Origin: Chlorobiota bacterium | GTDB taxonomy: Bacteria > Bacteroidota > Ignavibacteria > Kapaibacteriales > UBA2268 | Assembly (NCBI GenBank): GCA_034670025.1 | Contig: JAXMOE010000001.1 | Location: 77,187-141,186 of the forward strand | Reading direction: 5' to 3' | Length of the DNA: 64,000 nucleotides | Shown here: positions 19,509-27,211 of the stretch, one piece after another | Layout: every line of letters begins with the position of its first letter | How positions within the stretch are numbered: position 1 is the stretch's first letter | Translations under genes and position numbers: made by a program | Notes under the pieces: generated by a model | What the model was told of the DNA's origin: nothing | Database searches by the model: none | The model's input: the letters and a program-made list of their open reading frames with translations, nothing else

Positions 19509-19937
19509 TTAATAATCCTTAATGACTCTACGAGCAGCACCCCAAATTGTGAAATCATCAATGTCCATAATTCTAATGTCATCGTAATCTTCATTTTCGG
19601 AGCGGAGGATAGTCTTGTTTTCACCGAATATTATTCGCTTTACGAATGGTTTGGAGTTCAAACTGCCCACTATTATAGTGCCAGTAGTGATTGGGTAGTT
19701 GCTATTGACTAATATTTTGTCGCCAGAGTTTATGCCAGCATTTATCATAGAATCGCCCGATACTTCTACGAGGAATGTATATCCGTTCTCATCAATTACT
19801 TCCTTGTTTAGATCTAACCCATTAGTTCTTAGGTTACTTATTATTCTGTTTTTGCTGTATAAGCTATTGTAGTTTTTATTTTCTAATATTCTTGTATATA
19901 GTGTCAATTTTCCCTCTTTTCTTAATCTTTTTCTCAC
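19509..19937 (-). CDS. S24-family peptidase (UmuD/LexA C-terminal-like), orphan
   Basis: 142 aa; VSGDSMINAGINSGDKILV (Ser nucleophile) and PFVKRIIF (Lys general base) match the UmuD/LexA autopeptidase; no HTH; no umuC neighbour. Confidence 0.65.
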   Translation of the reverse strand: MRKRLRKEGKLTLYTRILENKNYNSLYSKNRIISNLRTNGLDLNKEVIDENGYTFLVEVSGDSMINAGINSGDKILVNSNYPITTGTIIVGSLNSKPFVKRIIFGENKTILRSENEDYDDIRIMDIDDFTIWGAARRVIKDY

Positions 19938-20116
19938 TCTTTATTATATTAACTACATAAACTGTGCCAAATGGTAACAGGTTGAATTATATCGAATAAT
20001 ACTGTTTTTGTGAGAGATGGGGAAAGTTGAAATACTATCTCAATTAAGAAAATTTCTTATTTTGTCTTATTTTTGTGATGTTCGCTTACACAACCCAATA
20101 ATCATAAGAGCAATAC

Positions 20117-21529
20117 TTGCTATTTAACTCATTCATATTTCTCATATTTTTAGCGGTGGTGCTACCGCTATTCTATTTGCTCAAATCGAAAGAAGCAAAG
20201 AATATGTTGCTGTTAGTGTCGAGCTATTTTTTTTATTGCTATTGGGATTGGAGATTTAGTGTACTGCTTTTGACTTCCACAGTTGTTGATTTCTATATTG
20301 GTAAGTTGGTTCACAAGACAAATGATCAGAAGAAAAGAAAGCAATATCTATGGGGTAGCTTGTTAGTCAACCTTGGGATACTGGGTTTTTTCAAATACTT
20401 CAATTTTTTCGTTGATTCTTTCCAAACTGTCTTCGGAACACAGTTTGATTATCTTCATTTGAGTATTATTCTGCCAGTTGGTATTTCTTTCTATACCTTT
20501 CAAACTCTATCTTACACAATAGATATTTATAATAGAAAATTAGAACCAACTAATAATATTATTGATTTTGCTTTGTTTGTTTCTTTCTTCCCCCAACTCG
20601 TGGCTGGGCCAATTGAAAGAGCTAAGAATTTACTGCCACAGTTAACAAAAAAGTTATCTCCAACAAAGGTACAAGTAAAAGAAGGCGTTAATCTTGTTGT
20701 GATGGGGCTATTCCGAAAAGTGTTGATAGGTGACACTGCTGGTAGATTTGTTGACCATATATTCAATGACTTACATAGCTATAATTCGGTGGAAATACTT
20801 TTTGCTGTATTAATATTTGGCATTCAAATTTACGCTGATTTTTCTGGATATAGCAAGATAGCCCGAGGAGTTGCGAAACTACTCGGAGTTGAGTTAATGA
20901 TTAATTTCTCTCAGCCATATCTCTCTCGAAACATTACAGAATTTTGGCGGAGATGGCATATATCACTTTCCACCTGGTTAAGGGACTACTTGTATATTCC
21001 TCTTGGAGGCAGCAGAAAAGGCAAATCAAGGACTTATATAAACTTGATGATTACTATGCTCTTGGGTGGATTATGGCACGGCGCAAGCTGGAATTTTGTT
21101 ATCTGGGGTGCATTGCACGGAGTATTCTTATCGGTCCATAAATTATATCTTAACTATAGAGGTAAGAGAATTGAGCCAAGTAATACTTTTAGTTTTGGAG
21201 ATATTCCAAGAATAATTGCTACATTCGGTTTAGTTTCATTTACTTGGCTGTTCTTCAGATCAACTTCATGGGAGTCAACTGAGCTGATTTTTAGCAAAAT
21301 AACCGACTTTCAATTCAGTGAATATACATTGCTGTTCTTTCAGATATTAATAGCTTACTATTCACTGTCATTTTTATTAGATTTCTTAGAGCATAAATTC
21401 GGTCAGAACTTCTTGTTAAAAATTAAAAATAGAGCATTTTCTTATGGGGTTCTAACTATGATGTTTGTTATTACTTTACTTTATATGTTCCAAGCAGATC
21501 CATTGCCATTTATTTACTTCCAGTTCTGA
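20117..21529 (+). CDS. MBOAT-family membrane-bound O-acyltransferase (AlgI/DltB/PatA-like)
   Basis: 470 aa; multi-TM; conserved MBOAT region WRRWHISLSTWLRDYLYIPLGGSRKG...LWHGASWNF with the catalytic His; apparent TTG start. Confidence 0.8.
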   Translation: MLFNSFIFLIFLAVVLPLFYLLKSKEAKNMLLLVSSYFFYCYWDWRFSVLLLTSTVVDFYIGKLVHKTNDQKKRKQYLWGSLLVNLGILGFFKYFNFFVDSFQTVFGTQFDYLHLSIILPVGISFYTFQTLSYTIDIYNRKLEPTNNIIDFALFVSFFPQLVAGPIERAKNLLPQLTKKLSPTKVQVKEGVNLVVMGLFRKVLIGDTAGRFVDHIFNDLHSYNSVEILFAVLIFGIQIYADFSGYSKIARGVAKLLGVELMINFSQPYLSRNITEFWRRWHISLSTWLRDYLYIPLGGSRKGKSRTYINLMITMLLGGLWHGASWNFVIWGALHGVFLSVHKLYLNYRGKRIEPSNTFSFGDIPRIIATFGLVSFTWLFFRSTSWESTELIFSKITDFQFSEYTLLFFQILIAYYSLSFLLDFLEHKFGQNFLLKIKNRAFSYGVLTMMFVITLLYMFQADPLPFIYFQF

Positions 21530-21530
21530 T

Positions 21531-22592
21531 ATGAAAATGATGAAAAACATAATATTATTCGTTCTTGGTATGGCTTCGGTTTTGGTAGTAGCAGAGCTAT
21601 TTGTATCTAAAGCTAAAGTAATTGAGTATTCCCTCGGTCAATATTATGAAGATATAGGTAAGGGACTACCAACAAACAGAACTTCACTTATGTTCACAGA
21701 AGGGTTTGGAATATTCCACACTAATAGTGACAGATTTATTGGCAAAGGACTTAGGTACAACACTCTAATTTATAAAAGAGATCCAATGCCCACTATTAAA
21801 ATTGCTTTGATTGGAGACTCTTTTGTGGAATCTTTTCAAGTGTTCGAAAGGGACTATTTCGGTACAATAGCTGAGGAAATATTGAATAATAAGTATAAGA
21901 ATTATGAAATAGACATTCAGAACTTCGGTAGAGCTAATTTTGGTTTGAATCACATATATGCTTATCACAAATCATTTGTAGATAATTTTAATCCTGATTT
22001 GGTTCTCTACTTTTTGTCTAACGGTGATGTTCACACAGGACCACCAACTCCGCTATATCCATATTGCTATTTGAATGGGGACTCACTTATTGTTACAACT
22101 AATTACCCTATCTCAGACATTGAAAATTACAAGAAAGCAGAGAAGTGGTTGAGTGCTTCCATTATTGCTAATCTTGTTAATAACGCACGGCACACAATTA
22201 GAAAGCAAGATTTGGCAGCAGTGCTTTTAGGAAATGTGTATGAATGGTTTGCTGAACCAAAGCAAGAAACGCCGTTAGTTGACAGCAATTACAAAGTCGC
22301 TCCAATTATTGAAAAGATTGTTAATGAAGTTGATAGTAATACTATTCTAGTAAATAGAGAGAAAATACCACTTTATAGCGATTTCACTGATGTAGTGGAG
22401 GAGTATGACAAAGAATACTGGTCGCTTTATCCAGTTCTTGATTCTGCTGAAAGGGCTGGTATAAAAACAAACTATTGGGAAGTAACAAACAAAGTTGGGC
22501 ATTGGAATAAGAAGGGACACCAAATAGTTGGTCGTGAACTTGCCAGAATGTTGGATGAAAAAGTACAAGAACTAATTACTTCCAAAAAGTAG
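21531..22592 (+). CDS. SGNH/AlgJ-AlgX-like partner of MBOAT (putative O-acetyltransferase periplasmic component)
   Basis: True start MKMMKNIILFVLGMASVLVV (ATG at 21531, 1 nt after the MBOAT stop); N-terminal TM anchor; IALIGDSFVESF resembles the SGNH block I GDS motif. Confidence 0.5.
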   Translation: MKMMKNIILFVLGMASVLVVAELFVSKAKVIEYSLGQYYEDIGKGLPTNRTSLMFTEGFGIFHTNSDRFIGKGLRYNTLIYKRDPMPTIKIALIGDSFVESFQVFERDYFGTIAEEILNNKYKNYEIDIQNFGRANFGLNHIYAYHKSFVDNFNPDLVLYFLSNGDVHTGPPTPLYPYCYLNGDSLIVTTNYPISDIENYKKAEKWLSASIIANLVNNARHTIRKQDLAAVLLGNVYEWFAEPKQETPLVDSNYKVAPIIEKIVNEVDSNTILVNREKIPLYSDFTDVVEEYDKEYWSLYPVLDSAERAGIKTNYWEVTNKVGHWNKKGHQIVGRELARMLDEKVQELITSKK

Positions 22593-22594
22593 TG

Positions 22595-22948
22595 CTAATC
22601 ACCAAATCTTGCTTTTAGTTCCCGTTCGGTGTGAATAATTGGGAGAGCGAGCGCCGCAATCATAATCAGAAGTGAAAGCACTACTGCTGCTCCTTCGTTC
22701 AGCCAAGTAGTAACGAAACCAAGGACAAATGTTAGGGTATAGATAAAGCTATACCGAAGCATAAGCTCTGTGGAGTGAGCTTGAGCAAAATCCCAACTCT
22801 CCTGAGTTTTCATCGATTTGTTAGTTCGGTAGCCATAGAGTGAATTGATTTTTCTCGGTGGAAACTTCTTGACAAAAGCAAAGATTATCAGCAGCATTGG
22901 GCCAATGATTAGGGGCATAAAGAATAGTGGATTTTCGTAGAATGACAT
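22595..22948 (-). CDS. SdpI/YhfL-family small membrane protein
   Basis: 117 aa; 3-4 TM helices; NSLYGYRTNKSMKTQESWDFAQ resembles the SdpI-family N..G.RT..S..S.E.W motif. Confidence 0.5.
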   Translation of the reverse strand: MSFYENPLFFMPLIIGPMLLIIFAFVKKFPPRKINSLYGYRTNKSMKTQESWDFAQAHSTELMLRYSFIYTLTFVLGFVTTWLNEGAAVVLSLLIMIAALALPIIHTERELKARFGD

Positions 22949-23019
22949 TTGGTTTTAATAGTATTAAGTTTATTTATTATATTGTACACTAATCTAAATG
23001 TTAATATAGAATAAAAAAT

Positions 23020-23658
23020 ATGAACAGAATAAAAATAATTCTTACTTACATTCTTTTTTCTTTTGCACTTATTTCATGCAGTTTATTAGATACAAAAGAC
23101 TTAATAACAGAATTTAACTCATATCAGAACTCAATTGTCTCAGGAGAGTACAGAACTACAGTTAAATATGTCATTCCAGAAGTATTTGAATATATGTCAG
23201 AAGATGATTATGTATTCAAAATGATTAGAAAGCTTGAAGAGACAAAAAATTATAAGTTAAGCTTAGGTAGTTATAGCAACCTGAGCATAAGTGACATTGA
23301 GGAAATAGATGGAGTTCAGTATGCCATTATTCAATTTATGCAAGAACGAATTCAAGATAATAAAAAGAATGACGAATTAGATGAGGATAGGTTAAATTCT
23401 CGTAGGGAAGTTGAAAAAGAAGCGTAAGATATGGCCTTGGGGAATGATAATGTTGAATATGATTCTGCAAACGATAGATTAATATTCAAAGTGGAAAATA
23501 GAGTTATCGCTAAATATGATGATAATTCTAAAAATTGGAAATTTGTAAATTTTGCCAATGCTGGTATGAATGTTATGAATGAATTATTCCCTGAAGAATT
23601 ACTAGAAAAAGTATCAGTAGATGCAACATATAAAAGACTAAAGGAAAATAACAATTGA
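23020..23658 (+). pseudogene. Lipoprotein gene interrupted by a single in-frame TAA (23425..23427); paralog of the downstream gene 23655..24254
   Basis: ORFs 23020..23427 and 23431..23658 are in the same frame, separated only by TAA GAT; both halves align to consecutive parts of the 199-aa downstream paralog (for example LGNDNVEYDSANDRLIF vs FGKDKVAYDSVSNEMLI; NWKFVNF vs DWKFIEL). Confidence 0.55.
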
Positions 23659-24254
23659 AAAAATTAATATTAATAGCTTCAATAATAACACTTCTGTTCG
23701 TGCCACTATCAGCACAGCAAGAAGAAATACAAACAGATTTTGAAGCGTATTTGGAGTTGATACAGAGTCAACAGTTTGATGAAGCAATGGATTATATGTA
23801 CCCAGAATTCTTTGAGATAATGAATAGAGAAATGATGGTAACTTTGATGGAACAGACATTCAACTCGCCTGAGCTAACAATATCGCTATCGGATCCAACA
23901 ATTGATAGCATTGGGTCAGTTGAGTATCTTGACTCTATGTACTTCGCACCAGTAAACTATACTCACGTTATGACTATGAAGTTCAACCCAGAAGAAGGGG
24001 AGACCGAAGAAGATATTAGATTCAGAGATGAATTGACAGTAGCGTCATTAAAAATAAAATTCGGTAAAGACAAAGTAGCCTACGATTCGGTAAGTAACGA
24101 AATGCTAATCACTTCACACAAATTAGTCTATGCTCGCTCATTAGATGGGGAAGATGACTGGAAGTTCATAGAGTTAGACCCCGAGAATATGTTTATGATA
24201 AAATCAATGATTCCCGAAGAGCTATACAACAGAGCTATAAATCAATCTCGTTAA
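23655..24254 (+). CDS. Secreted protein of unknown function (intact paralog of 23020..23658)
   Basis: 199 aa; signal peptide MKKLILIASIITLLFVPLSAQQ; no recognisable domain. Confidence 0.5.
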   Translation: MKKLILIASIITLLFVPLSAQQEEIQTDFEAYLELIQSQQFDEAMDYMYPEFFEIMNREMMVTLMEQTFNSPELTISLSDPTIDSIGSVEYLDSMYFAPVNYTHVMTMKFNPEEGETEEDIRFRDELTVASLKIKFGKDKVAYDSVSNEMLITSHKLVYARSLDGEDDWKFIELDPENMFMIKSMIPEELYNRAINQSR

Positions 24255-25461
24255 CAAATTGCATAAGTATATTCAAATCTACGTGATCCATAATTACAAT
24301 TTTCCACCATTTGTTATTGCCGTCGTGGCTTTCCGGTACTAAACCGTATTTGTGAGCCAAATCGCTGCTTATCTGGTCTGATTTTATAGTTACTATGTTC
24401 ATATCTTTGTCACGGAAATAAGATATATTTCTATTGTCCAATTCTGTGCAAAGTCTATCAGTTCTATAAATCAAAGTCTGCATTTTTTCTAACCAACCGT
24501 AAGGGCCATAAGTCATTAGTATCATCCAAACGGCTATTGCATTTGCTCCAGAGCGAGAGCCGATTAGAGTCAAATCCATACCAGTAACGTATTGTGCTTC
24601 TTCGGTCAATACGTACTCCATAAGTCCTTTCTTAGCTAAGAAAACCCCAGTACCATAAGGTGCTTGTAGCATTTTGTGTGCATCTATTGTAATGGAGCTA
24701 ACTTTTGGATTGGCAAAAGTTAAATCTTTATTATCAGAAGTAACTGGATGTATAAATCCGCCATAAGCTCCGTCTATGTGTAGTTTATAATCAACTTCTT
24801 CGCTTTCTAAGCAATCAGTATAGATATTGACATCATCAACAGAGCCGAACATTGTTGTAGCCATATTAGCAACTACAATGAAGTATTTTTTGCCTTCATT
24901 TTTTGCTTTTGCTATTGCTTTGATAACGCTTTCTTGAGTGATTTCTCTTGTCTCTTGCTCAACAGTTGCATTGTAAAGAGAAAGGTTCAACAGGTTCGAC
25001 GCTTTTGGAAGAGAGTAATGTGTATCTTCGGAACATAGGAGAGCAATCTCACTGTGTTTTGCTCCGTGCTCTTTTATGTAGTAATTTCTATAAATCCAAC
25101 AAGCTTGGATGTTTGCTTCAGTCCCACCCGAGGCAATGTATCCATCGTAAGCATCATCTTCACCTGAAAGCAAATCTTCTGCTAATATCTGTATTGCTTC
25201 TCTTTCAATTTCGTGAGTACCTTCAAAAAACTCTTCCGAATCGCCAACAGTGTGGCAACCAATATGGTTAGGGTTATGAACCAGAGTGTTCATATAAGGG
25301 GCATCTTCTAAGAATGAAGCTTGACTGTAAAAAACTTTGTTGTCTAAGTGTGAGCCAGGTATTCCGATACTCAAATCATTTTCAAAGTCCACATTTTTTT
25401 CTAATGCGGAGAATACTCTTTCTCTTATTTGCTTGCTTGTTAATTTTTTCCAGTACTTCAT
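24235..25461 (-). CDS. Pyridoxal-phosphate-dependent decarboxylase, group II (MfnA/tyrosine decarboxylase-like)
   Basis: 408 aa; SGGTEANIQACW and PLP-lysine motif DAHKMLQAPYGTGVFL. Confidence 0.75.
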   Translation of the reverse strand: MKYWKKLTSKQIRERVFSALEKNVDFENDLSIGIPGSHLDNKVFYSQASFLEDAPYMNTLVHNPNHIGCHTVGDSEEFFEGTHEIEREAIQILAEDLLSGEDDAYDGYIASGGTEANIQACWIYRNYYIKEHGAKHSEIALLCSEDTHYSLPKASNLLNLSLYNATVEQETREITQESVIKAIAKAKNEGKKYFIVVANMATTMFGSVDDVNIYTDCLESEEVDYKLHIDGAYGGFIHPVTSDNKDLTFANPKVSSITIDAHKMLQAPYGTGVFLAKKGLMEYVLTEEAQYVTGMDLTLIGSRSGANAIAVWMILMTYGPYGWLEKMQTLIYRTDRLCTELDNRNISYFRDKDMNIVTIKSDQISSDLAHKYGLVPESHDGNNKWWKIVIMDHVDLNILMQFVNEIDL

Positions 25462-25537
25462 TCTATCTTCATTTTGTAATTTATAGTATCACAAAAATAA
25501 GATATATTTATCTTAAATGAAATTGGAATTTGACAAC

Positions 25538-25972
25538 TTAGTCTAAAGATTTGATATTTTTAGTCAAATTAATCAAAACTAAAATAGTTATAATTAGCAG
25601 ATTAACAGCCATACTACCAATATTACTAAACTCTAATAATTCTTTGTTCTCAATAAAATTGAAAATAATATCAACTGAATAGAGCAGAACAAACGAAAGA
25701 AACACAAATATTACTGCATTGAAAGTTAGGTATATACCTGATACCAAATCATCTTGACTATAAGTTTCTTTGGTTTCTTTCCTTAATAAAGGAATGGTCT
25801 TTATCACGATAATCAGAGTAATAGTCTTGGTAATTAATTCATTAAATCCAGACATTCTATTTTCTGGGAAAACGAAAGCAAATATAAATTCAACCAAATA
25901 TAGTATTAACCCAAATGGAATTAACAGTATAGCTATATTTTTGAATAGGTATAATATTTCTTTTTTTGTCAT
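25538..25972 (-). CDS. Small integral membrane protein (4 predicted TM helices), unknown function
   Basis: 144 aa, hydrophobic segments; start ATG overlaps the upstream gene's stop by 1 nt (TAATG). Confidence 0.45.
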   Translation of the reverse strand: MTKKEILYLFKNIAILLIPFGLILYLVEFIFAFVFPENRMSGFNELITKTITLIIVIKTIPLLRKETKETYSQDDLVSGIYLTFNAVIFVFLSFVLLYSVDIIFNFIENKELLEFSNIGSMAVNLLIITILVLINLTKNIKSLD

Positions 25973-26538
25973 TACCTATTCGATCTGGTATTAATTAATT
26001 TATTTGCATAAACTCCATCGTGCCAATTAACGATAGAATCAACACCATAGGCATTAGTTAACCACAATGAGAAAAGTGATTGCATATCATCGGTTAAGAT
26101 TTCGCTATTGTTAACTCTAAGAGATTCATCATCGGGTATAGAAATAATATAATTAGTTTCTTTCCCATCTTTTCTAACAGAAACCGAACCAATAGGTTTC
26201 GCTTCAAGCAAAGTCTGAATAGAATATTCTTCAGAAATCAAGAAACCATAGAGCAAATCGCCACTGTCTTCACCTTCACTGTGAGTAGAGGGGAAAAACC
26301 CGAGATTAGCCGGGAATGGCATAAACTCTATGCTCGAGTATTCACCGTCTTCAGTATAAACTTTGAAACCATTTGACTCATGGTCATACTCGTATTTTTC
26401 AACGCTACCAGCTGGATTCATTACAATAAAATGCGGCTTGTCATTTTTTGAAAAAGTATTCAAATCATCGAAACTCTTTTTTTCCTGACAAGCCGTAAAT
26501 AATGTAAAAATAGCTAACAATAGAACTATTTTTTTCAT
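25972..26538 (-). CDS. Lipoprotein homologous to family I inorganic pyrophosphatase (divergent active site)
   Basis: Likely start MKKIVLLLAIFTLFTAC (lipobox); FIVMNPAGSVEKYEYDHESNG ~ PPase IEIPANADPIKYEIDKESG; FPANLGFFPSTHSEGEDSGDLLYGFL ~ [23 protein letters not shown] with the DGDPxD Asp triad altered. Confidence 0.5.
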   Translation of the reverse strand: MKKIVLLLAIFTLFTACQEKKSFDDLNTFSKNDKPHFIVMNPAGSVEKYEYDHESNGFKVYTEDGEYSSIEFMPFPANLGFFPSTHSEGEDSGDLLYGFLISEEYSIQTLLEAKPIGSVSVRKDGKETNYIISIPDDESLRVNNSEILTDDMQSLFSLWLTNAYGVDSIVNWHDGVYANKLINTRSNR

Positions 26539-26542
26539 TTTA

Positions 26543-26983
26543 TTATCCTTTAAGAATACCAACCATTTCTACTTCGAATACCAAATCTTTGCCAGCAAGT
26601 GGTGGATTAGCATCGAAAGTTACAGTCTCTTCTGTTACTGCAACTACCTCTACAGGAATCGGTTGACCGCCTTGTTGTTCGTTAGAAAAAGAAACTTGCA
26701 TTCCAATTTCGAACTCTTGGCTGTTATCCAATTTATCTTTTGGTATTTCAACAATGTAGTCTTCATTCTTAGGACCATAAGCTTTTTCTACTGGAATTTC
26801 GATTGACTTTGATTCGCCTTCTTTCATTCCAACTAAGCCATCGTTGAAGCCCTCTATTACCATACCAGAACCTAATTGAAATTCTAATGGATCTCTGCCT
26901 TCAGATGAGTCGAACACATCGCCTTCTTTTAATTTTCCTGTGTAGTGTACTTTTACCGTATCGCCGTTTTCAGATATTTTCAT
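26543..26983 (-). CDS. FKBP-type peptidyl-prolyl cis-trans isomerase (SlyD-like, no His-rich tail)
   Basis: 146 aa; MKISENGDTVKVHYTGKLKEGDVFDSS...LEFQLGSGMVIEGFNDGLVGMKEGE, FKBP fold with inserted flap. Confidence 0.85.
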   Translation of the reverse strand: MKISENGDTVKVHYTGKLKEGDVFDSSEGRDPLEFQLGSGMVIEGFNDGLVGMKEGESKSIEIPVEKAYGPKNEDYIVEIPKDKLDNSQEFEIGMQVSFSNEQQGGQPIPVEVVAVTEETVTFDANPPLAGKDLVFEVEMVGILKG

Positions 26984-27061
26984 CTGTTACCTTAATTATT
27001 TTGAATATTTAGAAAAAAATAAAAAAATATTATCTTAAACTTGAACACATTTTTCAAGTAG

Positions 27062-27082
27062 TTGTAAAATAATATTTTACAA
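27062..27082. promoter_or_regulatory. Perfect 10-bp-arm palindrome TTGTAAAATA-A-TATTTTACAA in a divergent promoter region
   Basis: Seen in sequence between the FKBP/SlyD operon (minus) and the CRTAC1-like T9SS gene (plus); candidate dimeric regulator site. Confidence 0.3.
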
Positions 27083-27211
27083 AACTAACATAAATTATAA
27101 CAACTACAATAGTTCTGCATTTTCTCTTATGACGAAATAAATCTATTTTAATTATTCAAATGAATTCATTATATTATGAAATTCCTAAATCAGTAATAAA
27201 CGAGAAAAATT

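Noticed and set aside
19430-19624. 64-aa minus-strand ORF overlapping the 3' end of the S24 peptidase gene
   Set aside because: It overlaps a better-supported gene and has no motif. It is likely non-coding 3' UTR or intergenic sequence.
23425-23427. In-frame TAA as evidence for stop-codon reassignment
   Set aside because: Every other gene here terminates cleanly on TAA, TAG or TGA, and prfB uses the standard UGA-dependent frameshift. A single broken paralog is better explained as a pseudogene or sequencing error.
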